Assembly: GCA_012026655.1 (NCBI GenBank)
Contig: JAAILG010000112.1
Coordinates: forward strand, 1-64,000
DNA length: 64,000 bases
DNA from: Hydrolagus affinis
Taxonomy: Eukaryota
Reading direction: 5' to 3'
The notes beneath the pieces were generated by a model, which saw only the letters and a program-made list of their open reading frames with translations, had not been told where the DNA came from and did no database searches. Positions 1-10,120 of the stretch are shown one piece after another. A program made the translations under genes and the position numbers. Each line of letters begins with the position of its first letter. Position 1 is the first letter of the stretch.

Positions 1-15
1 CAGGGGGTGGGGGGA

Positions 16-98
<83 letters not shown>
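16..98 (+). repeat. (AGAC)n microsatellite followed by a GA-rich low-complexity tract to ~200
   Basis: About 20 perfect AGAC/GACA units are directly visible. Confidence 0.97.
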
Positions 99-199
99 GA
101 TGGGGGGGGGGATGTGAGAGAGGAGAGAGACACAGAGACACAGACAGAAAAACACAGTCATGGAGAGAGTGAGTGTGAGAGACACATAGAGAGAGAGAG

Positions 200-380
200 A
201 TATTTACCTCCTGAGGAGATAGGCCCTGAATGCGCGCACACCTCCGAATGCGCACGCACCTCGCAACGCGCGTGCATGCGCAGTATGAAACCCCCGAAAA
301 TATCGATGTATCGGTATATCTCGATATGAGCCCATCGATATATCGAAATCGGAAAATTTCCATATCAACGGACCCTACTG
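200..380. mobile_element. Right end of a young CpG-rich Tc1/mariner-pogo (Tigger-like) non-autonomous element (MITE)
   Basis: Ends ...CAACGGACCCTACTG|TA (revcomp TA|CAGTAGGGTCCGTTG, a pogo/Tigger-type terminus with TA target). It has repeated ATATCGA/TCGATAT subterminal motifs and intact CpGs. The left end is not visible in the window. Confidence 0.6.
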
Positions 381-469
381 TACAGTATTGTACTTTAATA
401 CTGGCAAACTTTAATACAGTACACTACTGGCAAACTTTAATACTGGCAGTGTGACAGTGGCAGTGGCAC

Positions 470-942
470 TTGCAGCTTCCCCCACTCATCTTGATGTTGT
501 GGAGCCCATAGCATCTCTTAAACCTTTGAAAACACCCTCTGCTAACACTGAAAGATGGTGCCGTTGAGCCTTCTCCTTCCTGATCATTTAACTCCCTAAA
601 CAATGATTTTGCCTTCTCTTGGATAACCAGGGTGTTGAGTGGTATATTACGCTGGTTCTGATCCTCAATACAGATACTCAGCATTCTTTCCATGTTTTCC
701 ATCACATCACTCCTACGTTTTGCTAATCTGCTTGCACCTGTAGCTGTAACACACCTTGAACTTGCAAGTATATTGTCCTTATTCTGTATTATAGTAGCCC
801 CCTTCGATCTAGCCAGCCCTAAAGCCCACCCAATGTCCGTACCTTTTTTTACCAGAATCGATGCGCTTTATCACCTCCAATTTGGTATTTAAAATGATGA
901 CTTTGTGCGTTTCTGGCCGCTAGCGGTATTACCACTGCTCAT
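470..942 (-). pseudogene. Tigger/pogo transposase N-terminal HTH_psq + CENP-B HTH region, frameshifted
   Basis: Across frameshifts it reads K-VIILNTKLEVIKRIDSG..DIGWALGLARSKGATIIQNKDNI...MENMERMLSICIEDQNQRNIPLNTLVIQEKAKSLF...FSVSRGCFQRFKRCYGLHNIKMSG, matching the Tigger pattern (LEKLL..WIEDQ, F.ASRGWF.RFK.R..L). Confidence 0.9.
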
Positions 943-1338
943 TTCACTTACTGCTGTTTGTTCCCCGACAAGGTAGAAACGCGTTAGAGGCTGTAAATCG
1001 CACAAAGTTGCTCAGGAATGTTAGAAAATTACTGTAATACTGAGGTGGCGTGGTGTCACTTCAAAATCAGCTGACTTTTAAACAATGATGTAGTGACATG
1101 CTATTGCCCAGTTCAAATGCTTGGATTTACCCGTGAATACACTATGGACTGTGCGTATAGACAAAAAGGACGTGCAAAATGCGACTGTGATATTCAAAAT
1201 GTGTACTGCGCTTGCGCAAAAAATTTTTGTTCATTAAATCGAATCCAAGTATCCTATATCGATCAAAACGTGTTAAAATATTATGTTCCTTCAATCAAAA
1301 CATCCTAAATAGAAGCGTCCTAAATAGAGGCCTACCTG
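470..1338 (-). mobile_element. Tigger/pogo DNA transposon, 5' portion (TIR + transposase N-terminus), 3' truncated
   Basis: Minus-strand terminus TA|CAGGTAGGCCTCTATTTAGGACG at 1340-1316, followed downstream by the frameshifted transposase N-terminus. Confidence 0.85.
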
Positions 1339-1880
1339 TATTGTGTTCAGTTTTCGACTGAGCAAGAATACAATGGCATTGGAGAAAATCTAACAACTGA
1401 GACAATATCTCTATTCCTGGTCTCGTCTAGTTCTTATATCAAATCATTAATAGATACTGGCAACTCGCTAGATTTGGAATGTACAAGAGTATAAAAAGGA
1501 ATAAGAAGATGAGTCAATTCAACCTATTAAGCTCAGTCTGCCATTTAGGTTCCCTTCAGATTAGTTTCATTTGCCCAGTGCCTTCAATAAAACAGACATG
1601 CAGACTCCTGTGATTCTGTAAACCTAGTCTGCTCTCAGCAACAGCCTAACTGTTTGAACTGTCACCACAATCACTCAGTTTTCCAGCACCAACCCCTTTA
1701 ACAACTCCTAAATAATAATCCACTTGTCCTTGAAAGTTTCTTTTAAACTCATCAAATTTTGTGCTATAACGGAAATGCTTTATTTGCCTGCTGACTCCCA
1801 GCCTCCAGCACACTCCAGGGTGTACCTATATTGAACTTAATAAAGCTCTAGGGAAGAGCTTTTCAGTAAATTGGGTTCTG

Positions 1881-2234
1881 CAGTCAAACAGCCTAAAATT
1901 GCAATAATTTTAAGTCACAACCTAAGAAATGAATAAGAAAGGGCAAAATATAAAGTGGCTAAACTGTTTGCGATAATAGCATAGAAGCTTACATGTTGTT
2001 GTACTCCTTCATCCAAGATCAGACCATCAAAGAAAAATGGCTACATTTTATGCACCTCCCACCTCCCAAAGTACAGGAATGCATTGGAAAACATTCCCCT
2101 GTGTGCCTGGTTTAACAATTGGAAGTAAGTTTGTACCCAATGGCTCAGAGGGTAAATGCACTTCCCAGTATGATGCTGAAGTATGCCTAAAACTTACAAA
2201 TTTAAAATTATTGCAATTTTAGGCTGTTTGACTA
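1881..2234. mobile_element. MITE with ~35-bp terminal inverted repeats (Tc1/mariner-pogo-like CAGTCAAAC ends)
   Basis: CAGTCAAACAGCCTAAAATTGCAATAATTTTAAGT (1881-1915) versus ATTTAAAATTATTGCAATTTTAGGCTGTTTGACTA (2200-2234). Confidence 0.7.
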
Positions 2235-2349
2235 TGCACATTTTAGGTCCCAAATCCTAATGTTTCAGAACAGGAAAACAGACAAACAGTCCAAATTAAG
2301 ATCAAATTAAATAGTTCTCCATTGTTTTCTCTTTTAATACCTTAATAAT

Positions 2350-3245
2350 CAAAATAAATGAAGAAAAGCATGTCTAGCACCAAAAAACGAATAGGAGAAG
2401 TAAATTCTGCATGGTCAATTTTCAAGAGGAATTAAAGAATACAGCATAGTTGTGAACAAAAGCTGTAACTGGTTGACTAATGGGATCTGAATGCCATAAC
2501 AGAAACTCTGATAACACCAGCATAAGAATAAATTACTACTATCCGTTATTATGCAAATAAAAATATCAAAGCGAAACATTGATCCAAAATGCTGAACATG
2601 TCACCAAGCATCAGAAACAATAGATCACATATTGTCATCATGCTTAGCCCTAGCACAACCACAGTATCTGATTTGAAATAACAACATAGCTAAACACTGT
2701 ATATTCACTGGACAATTTGTAAACACTGATACTAATGTAAAGACCAACTGGTATGAACATCAACCAGCAAAAAAAGACATTAAAAAAAACCAAAACCTAC
2801 GTCTATCCAGTACATATAGATAGGATAGAATTATAACATCATAAAATATATCATCATAAAAAGCCAACTAGATTCTACATGTAGTTTTATTGATGTGGCT
2901 ATCCTAAGTGATTACAAAGTAAGAAATAAGGAACTACAGAAGATCAGGGAATATATCGATCTACAAATTGAATGCAGATGAATGTGACAGTATAAAATGC
3001 GCATAGTGTCTACAATCATCAGTGTAACCAAGATTGTTAATATGACTATTCAGAAATGGCTGGACAAAATATCTGCTGAACAAAATATCAACCTCTTGCA
3101 GAAAGTAGCTATTTTAGGAAGTTCAAACATACTTAGAAAAGTAACATCCATTCATATGTAAACTGGCAGTGTAATTGGTCTGGCTGACCTATCACTGAAA
3201 ACCACACTGAACGCACCTCTAAGAGTGACATAAACTGTATTGACA
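2350..3245 (+). mobile_element. R4/Dong-clade non-LTR retrotransposon 3' fragment (CCHC knuckle + restriction-like endonuclease), degenerate
   Basis: Conceptual translation with stops and frameshifts gives LHGQFSR..NWLTNG..IDPKC*TCHQASETIDHILSSCLALAQ..IHWTICKH..WYEHQP..FIDVAILSDYKVRNKELQKIREYIDLQIE..LQKVAILGSSNILRKV. This is the characteristic C-terminus of R4/Dong RLE elements. Confidence 0.88.
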
Positions 3246-3430
3246 TAATAATAATCCTTATACTGTATTTAGTATAGTGCCTTTCATGTGGGGAGGACAT
3301 CTCAAAGCACTTCACATGATATACTGCAAAGTATAGCGTCTATATATTTTGTGGGCAAACATTATAGACAATTTGTGCGCAGCTATATCCTACAAATAGC
3401 TATGAAATGAATGACCAATTTTATTTGGGG
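3246..3430 (-). mobile_element. SINE 3' half (Deu-like segment + L2-type tail)
   Basis: Revcomp of the family tail (gtgaagtgctttgagatgtcc..tgaaaggcactatac..(TTA)n). Confidence 0.75.
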
Positions 3431-4059
3431 GCATGTTTGCTAACTCCCTTATCTTTCTGAGTGCTTTCATTGACCTTTGGGAAAGTGACAGATTGTTGAC
3501 ATTATTTGTGTTGAACTGGTATTACTCAGAAATCTGCCGTGTATGGTAAAAAAAACAGAACTAGTGGCCTAAATAGGGGAGTGTTGTGTGCACTAACCAT
3601 GATAACAAGCAGCTGAGAAATGTTTATAGCAAGCAAATGGTTAGGAAAATGGATAATCGAAGGAATGACATTAGCAATGGGTTAACTTTCCTTTGAACAC
3701 ACTAATAGATTTGATGTACAGTGACACTGGGTGATGAGATCTAATGTGAAATTATTTATAATGTGAGACTCTAAAAGCCATTTCGAAATGCAAATAGTAA
3801 CTGAAAATGTGGATCCAGATTTTTCATTGTGCAGTTGTGTTGGTCCAGTAATGATTTACTTGTGGTTACCATCAGGTGTTGCTCCTTATGATCTGGAATC
3901 ACTAACCTGGCATATTTCACCCAGTTTATGATTATTGTTTGTTACCATCCAGAAATGAATTCGATAGGTGTGACTGAATTTGACTGTGGACTTCACTCAG
4001 AGTTAGCCACACTAACAAAATAGAACCAAAACAGTTTGCTGTTTTGGTTACGCAGACCA

Positions 4060-4437
4060 GCCCTGTGGTTTGATGGATAGAGCACTCAAGAGGACCTGGA
4101 TTTGATTTCCAAGAGGACAAAACGTTAGGCAATTTTTGTTTACTCCATATGCCTCTGTTTACCCAACAGTAAGTAGGAAACCACCCGGTTGTTAGTCAAT
4201 TGATGGATCACTTTTCCAGGGTAATAATCCCCTAAAAAGGTTTTTTTACATTCATAATTTGGTCACTCAATCCGAGACGATTTGTGCAACATTGCTGTGC
4301 CAATTGCCTGTTGAGTTTCATCCACAAAATATATACAGTACCGTTAATTCAATTTTCACCATATTCTGTGAAATACTCTTTGAGACATCTTGAAGACATG
4401 ATATATATATTTTGTATACAAGGATTACTTTTATTAT
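4060..4437 (+). mobile_element. tRNA-derived SINE, long variant, diverged
   Basis: Degenerate tRNA-like head, TACTCCA..CCTCTGTTTACCCAACAGTAAGTAGGAA middle, Deu-like segment and L2-like tail. Confidence 0.8.
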
Positions 4438-4959
4438 AAATTAAAATTCATACCACCGAAACCACGGAGATCACTCTTAGAATCCAATTATAACTTTGTG
4501 GTATTCTGACTTAATTTTTAATTCTCTCAGGGATTGTGAAAAGATGTTATCAGATAGATACAAAATGAAACCAGGTATATAGCGCACTATTTAAAGTATT
4601 ACAATCTAAATGGAGCCAAAGCCCAACACTGATCAAGGAAGGGGATGATCCTAATAAAGAGGTAACAAATCTGATGTTTCATAATAGATTTGATAATCAT
4701 CTCCAACTGTTACAAAACCTGCCACATTTCCAAAAATTGGTTGTGGGAGTGAACATCTCTTCCCAATGTCGGCACATTAATGTCTTCCAAAGCTTATTCT
4801 CATACCTTGTGTGCCCTGCCTTTTTTATTTTACCCCAGAGGTAGGGTTGAAATGCTGCTTTCACAGGATACCAAATTGACTTTTGTCAGTCTCTTGTTTT
4901 AGCTGCTTTTAAACACCGATCTCCGTGATTGAAAACAGTAACAGAGCGAAGAAATATTC

Positions 4960-5163
4960 AGAACGCAAAATACTGCAGATGCTGGAAGTCTGAAACAAAC
5001 AGAAATCGCTGGGAAAACTCAGCAGGTCAGGCAGCACCTATGGAGAAAGGAAAGTGAGTCAACATTTTGGGTCTGTGCAATCGTGGATCCGAAAGACTCA
5101 TTTTCCTTTCTCCATAGATCCTGCCTGACCTGTTGAGTTTCCCAGCGATTTCTGTTTTTGTTA
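4960..5163. mobile_element. Penelope-like element-derived palindrome (inverted pseudo-LTR pair)
   Basis: ~63-bp arms at 4997-5060 and 5095-5157 are near-perfect reverse complements. The motif ACTGCAGATGCTGGAA..ACTCAGCAGGTCAGGCAGCA is typical of chondrichthyan Penelope-like repeats. Confidence 0.75.
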
Positions 5164-6764
5164 AAGAAATACTCAGCCCCAATCATTCTGCCGAGGTCAT
5201 GCGGATGTTTAGACCCATAAGTAATCTTTGGAAATGATGGAAAAAATTATCGCAAACAGATCATAAAAAATGTTCAATAATTATTGAATGTTCAACTACT
5301 ATTTGCAGTTTGACCCTGTGAAGTGCTTTGAGATGTCATGATTCCTGACGTGAAAGACACTGTATAAATTATATTATTAAATGCCATTTTTCAACACCAT
5401 TTATTTCATCAGAACTTGAAAAGCAACTGAATTTATCTTGCAAGTCAAGAGACAGTCTGAGAATTAATAACTTTGGAGCTTATATTCAGAGTGCTGTAAA
5501 TTTTTATGCATAATTGCAGCGATGCAGAAAACGACAATGTGGTATTAAGGATACTTTGGGTGGCATTAATGCTGGTTCACAAATTCCAATGCAAATTTAA
5601 TAATATAGACGGTGATTCTCCAAAGGTCAGTAAATTTAAGGCCCTCAGAGTCGAGGAACATCTTACTTTCTGCTAATTTGAGAATTAATGGGCCTCAGCG
5701 TTGTGAGTGTAGAATGCGATGTTGCTAAGGTTCCTAAATTTAAAGCCCTTCTAAGATTCATCCATTGAATGTTTTGCACCAGAGGTGGTGGGCACTGATC
5801 AAAAATTGCTTTATTTATTGGAAGAATTATATCCAGCAGAATTATATTACACTGCTTATTCTCATTAGTTATGTAATGTACTCCACCAACACTGTATACT
5901 CATGCTGAGCGATAACAAATACAAATAGACTAAAAACAATCTGGCATAAGTCAACTTGCAATGTTTGATAAAACTTGCTATCAAAAATAAGTATGCATAA
6001 TTCAGCAACAATTTGTATTTTTATCACACTTCATCTCATTGAAATGTCTCAAAGTGCTTCAGAGGTGATTGCTAACAAGTATTGTCACTGTTTTATGAAA
6101 GCAAACTTGATAGTTATTTGCACTGGTGAGTCCCATTACTAGCCATGTGGTGTATGATCAATTATGCTGTATGATTATTGGTTAGAACTTATGAGATCCA
6201 TTGGATTTTTGAGAAATGGTTGCATTGCTATTGGAAGAGCAGTTGCAGATCTGGCTGTTCAATAGCAATAAAATGACAGCAGTCACTGCTGTGCAGCAGA
6301 ACTCTGTGTATGCTGCCATCAGTGTAAATGCAGACTTTTCCTCAGCCTCCCTGCAAATAAATTTCAAATCAGTTCCAACAGTTATGTGGATGAAGAAAGA
6401 AAAAAGGAACTAACAAGTGCGTGAGGGAAAAACGGTACTGTAAATAGTACCTCAAATAGGAATAAATATCTTGGGATGTAAACTGGAGGAGACACCCTAT
6501 ACATCTCAGGCTCCTTTTTTTCGTGTTGTGTAGAGAGCCAATCTGCTTTGCCAACAAAACCCAGACTAATTATAAAATAAGAATAATCTTTGCATTTGAT
6601 ATAGCACCTTTCATGTTGGGAGGACTGATCAAAGGGTCTCACAAAATGTAGGACTGTTTATTTTGTAGGCAAAGTGTATAGCATGCCATATGTTTCTGCC
6701 TGTGACTCAAACATATACAGTTCTGACCTGGACACTGTTAATGATGTAATTAAGCAGTCTATTT

Positions 6765-6820
6765 CCCCCACCTCCATGCCACCCCCATTGCCCCCCTCCC
6801 CCCACCCGCCCACCCACCCC

Positions 6821-6846
<26 letters not shown>
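6765..6846 (+). repeat. C-rich tract + (CA)n microsatellite (6821-6846)
   Basis: Directly visible. Confidence 0.9.
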
Positions 6847-6851
<5 letters not shown>

Positions 6852-6869
6852 GCTTGCAAACAGTCACAT

Positions 6870-7240
6870 GATCTTCTCCAGCAGATCCTTGAATCAAAGG
6901 CTGCTGTAAGGTCATGATTAGATTGGTGTAGCTTCCACTTTCTTCAGCATTTGCTGGATTTGTACAGGGACAGTACTGCATACAATCCAAGGATGAATAT
7001 AAGGGTTTCCAAGAATAGTGAGAATAATTTTCCTGTTGTTCCATGGATCCCTCTCGTTGAAGAATTCAACGATCTCTTGATTCTCATTATTGTCCTGTAA
7101 GATAGCTTCAAGATTGGAGACATAAAAGATGAATATTTTTCTCCACTCTCATTGAAATAACTGATCTTTGGCAATACGATTTATGAAGGAATTTTCACCA
7201 AATTTACAGGTGAATATGAAGAATACTCCTTAGACTTTTC
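6870..7240 (-). mobile_element. Very old CR1-type LINE ORF2 C-terminal fragment
   Basis: Switching frames gives SPILKLS..KRSLNSSTRGI..RKIILT..SLDCMQYCP..LKKVEA..TNLI..FKDLLEK. This parallels the CR1 post-RT pattern (NLKFS..[48 protein letters not shown]..YEERL). Confidence 0.55.
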
Positions 7241-7326
7241 AGATCAACTCTGGTGGTACACTACAATGTTGTGCATCAGGAATGAAACTGTTTTTAAATT
7301 TGATTGGGAATGTTCCTGCTGAAAAG

Positions 7327-7565
7327 CAACAACAACAACAACAAAGTTGCACTTGTTTAGTGCCTTTCATGTCAGGAGGATGTCCCAAGGCGCTGGATCA
7401 TCATGACTTCAGATGCGAAGTGAGGACAGGTGGGGTGGAGAGAAGGGGGGATTAGGAGTTTCCGATGGGTCCATTGAAAAAGAGAGTTTTGAGGCGAGAT
7501 TTGAAGGAGGCCAGTGAGGGGGTGAGGCAGAGGGACTGCTGGATGGAGTTCCAGAGGTTGTGGGT
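7327..7565 (-). mobile_element. L2 LINE 3' fragment
   Basis: (CAA)n tail revcomp, tail stem GCCTTTCATGTCAGGAGGATGTCCCAAGGCGCT and the ORF2-end signature GGAGTTCCAGAGGTT. Confidence 0.85.
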
Positions 7566-7699
7566 TTTGGAATATGGAATAGTTTGCCATCAACATCCCT
7601 TGAAGCTAACTCCAGAACAGGATTTTATAAGGGAATTGGGTAAAATTGAGGGAATAAAATATTTCAGGCAAAAAGCAGGGTAATGGGATTAGGGATGCG

Positions 7700-7812
7700 T
7701 TTAGCCCACAAATATAGTCAATCCACTTTACAGTATATTCTGTGAAGTGCTTTCAGATGTCTCGAAGACAAGATAAGTGCTATATCAAATGAAAGGATTA
7801 GTATTATTATTA
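7700..7812 (+). mobile_element. SINE 3' tail fragment
   Basis: CCCACAAATATAGTCAATCCACTTTACAGTATATTCTGTGAAGTGCTTT..ATCAAATGAAAGGATT(ATT)n. Confidence 0.8.
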
Positions 7813-7852
7813 TGGAGGGACACACCCTGTTTACATATTTCCGGAAAGTATT

Positions 7853-8280
7853 AACAACAATAGCAACAATAGTTGCTTTATACCTTGTATGTAAGGAGGA
7901 CATCCCAAGGTGCTGGAGAGTGAAGCACTTCAGTTGGGGTTTGAAATCACGAGGGGTGGAGGTCAAGGGGTGTAGAAGAGGGAAGATGACTAAAGCCACA
8001 GTTGAAGTGGAATTTATTGAGCCAGGCCTTGAAGGAGGCAACTGAGGAGTCAAAGGGTTAAGGCAAAGTGGCTCCAAGATGAAGTTCCAGAGAGTGGGGG
8101 CAAAAGAGCTAAACGATAGACCACCGATGAAGTAGGCAGTGGGGAGGACATGGAGTAGGAGTGTGCCATCCAAGTGTATGGATTGCAAAGATTGGTAAAA
8201 ATGTTGTTAGGCTTAGAGCTTAAGGAAGAACAAGACAGAGATGGCTTTAAAGCTGAGTAGGATGATGTTCAATTCACTCT
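7853..8280 (-). mobile_element. L2 LINE 3' fragment, diverged
   Basis: The minus ORF contains GGLSFSSFAPTLWNFI; CAA-type tail at the left. Confidence 0.75.
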
Positions 8281-8680
8281 GCAAGCTGGCAAGATTCAAG
8301 GCTGGGGAACCCAGAGTGTGTGTTAAGGTACTGCTAGAGTCTAATGAGCTAAAACTGCATGGTTTGCCAATTGAAAGTATTGTCTAAGAAGTTTCTCACT
8401 GTTTGTCCGGCAGGAACCATCCTACCTATTAGAGCTTTGGCTTGTAGGGTCAACAGAAGCTGAGTGGGAAGAATCTCTGCGTCCAATAGCCCCTATTCTG
8501 TCCCTCCAAATCCTGTCAATCAGATAGGCCGGTTTATCTGTCATCAACAATGTCTGTAATACTTTGGATCCACCTTGTTTAGGAACCAGACTACTGACCA
8601 TCGCAGACGATTTACTAGATTCCCACATTCTGTTACCAGGCATGTCATCTTGGAGCCAGTTCAGCTCCAAGGAAGCCTTA
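8281..8680. repeat. Unclassified old interspersed repeat, copy A (homologous to 12649-12997)
   Basis: Collinear blocks shared with copy B, e.g. GTACTGCT..GCTRAAACTGCAT..TTGAAAG, TACCTATT, AGCTGAGTG.GAAGAATC.CTGC.TCCA and GATTCCCA.ATTC..GCAT.TCATCTT. Confidence 0.7.
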
Positions 8681-9246
8681 CTTAACTTATACCCCAAGGA
8701 GTACAGTCATTAATTAGTCATTTGACATCCAAAAGCAGCTCCCATTAAGTGGATGCAAGCATCAGAAACTCCCTGCAGCACATCTCGGCATGAAATGCAT
8801 GAAAGCATTCCCACCATCTTCTTGCCCACAGCTCGGACACACATTCCTACCCATTAATTAAATGTGCAGTACTTGCAGCAGCTGCTTTCCCCTCTGCGTA
8901 CAAATCAAGCTGGATTCCAAGCCATGGATTTATAAACAAGTTTTGTAAACCTTTACTCCAGGTAATTCCTTCCAGTAACTGTAATTTCAAGATTCAGAAA
9001 TTCCTCATCAGCTCTTGATGGACATCTGCCGTAAGTGCGGTGAGAGCACCTTTACAGGAAAGCTTGTGACATGCCAGCTTCATGTGTTAGAGATACATGT
9101 CCAATAAGGAATACCAGGCTTACTCAACACCATCTTCAGTATATTGTTGCTCAACTCTTCAGATCAATACAATAAATATACTTTTTTAAAAAGCTTCCAA
9201 TCACCTGAAGCAGATTTTTATCAGGAGACAAAGCATCTCAATCTTG

Positions 9247-10120
9247 AACAACAACAACATTTGTATGGTACCTTTCATATCAGGGGGATATCCCAAGGTG
9301 CTGGACAGACAGTATTTTAGACCCGAACTGGGGGTACGACTTGGGAAGGATGGAAGGAGGTTGATTGAAAACATGGTGAAAGAGGAGGGCCTTGAGGTGG
9401 GTCTTGAAGGAGCCAAGGGATGGGATGAGATGAACAGAGGGAGGGATGGAGTTCCAGAGGTGGCGGCAGAATGGCTGAAGGCCCGCCCACCAATGGTGGG
9501 GCTGGTGAGGAAAGGGACGTAAAACAGGCGGGTACTCTCTGAGTGGAGGACGCAGGCTGGTTCGTAGAGGTTTAGGAAGTCACAGAAGTAGAGGGGAAGC
9601 AAGGCTATGGCGGGCTTTGAATGTGAGGACCACAATCTTGAACAGTATCTGCTATGTGATGGAAAGCCAGTGGAGTCGGGTGAGGGTGGGTGTGATATAG
9701 TGACAGAGCCCATGGGAGCTGACATGGGCTACAGAGTTATGGATGATCTGCAGCTTGTAGAGTGAGGAGTTGGGGAGGCCAACAGCCAAAGGTTTGCATA
9801 GTCAAGCTGAATGTTATGAATGCATGTATCAGAGTTTCAATGGCCTGTGGGACAATCATAAAAACAATAACAACTAAATTATACTTATAGAGCACCTTTC
9901 CCATTGGGAGGACAATGGTGGAACCTGACAATCTTGCAGAGATGGGGAAGGCAAACAGGTCATGGCATGGATGTGAGGTAGAAAGGATAAATGAGTATCA
10001 AACAATAAGTGCCAAGCTTCCAGACCTTGAATTGGAGATGGAATGTCCATCCATGGATGGTGATGCTATCAACGCCTGAGGTATGGAAGCACTGACGGGA
10101 GCCAATCAAGTGGGAATCAG
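9247..10120 (-). mobile_element. L2 LINE 3' portion, with a second short L2 tail inserted at ~9862-9912
   Basis: Minus ORFs contain LYEPACVLHS..PTIGGRAFSHSAA and ETLIHAFITFSL; (CAA)n tail at 9247. Confidence 0.88.

Noticed and set aside
16-200. CRISPR-like or coding repeat (ORF 114-329)
   Set aside because: Simple microsatellite and GA-rich low complexity; no repeat-spacer structure anywhere in the window.
424-705. Domesticated TIGD/CENP-B-like gene
   Set aside because: Upstream frameshifts and a stop, a retained TIR and no DDE domain indicate a transposon relic.
5600-5780. Ancient Harbinger-like palindromic MITE remnants (also ~23700, ~32570, ~53170, ~56540)
   Set aside because: Only vague motif resemblance; I could not define TIRs or align the copies by eye.
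6658-7174. All three minus frames open over ~6944-7044, suggesting a host exon
   Set aside because: Motifs distributed across the frames fit an old frameshifted CR1 ORF2; one ORF also runs through a CA repeat.
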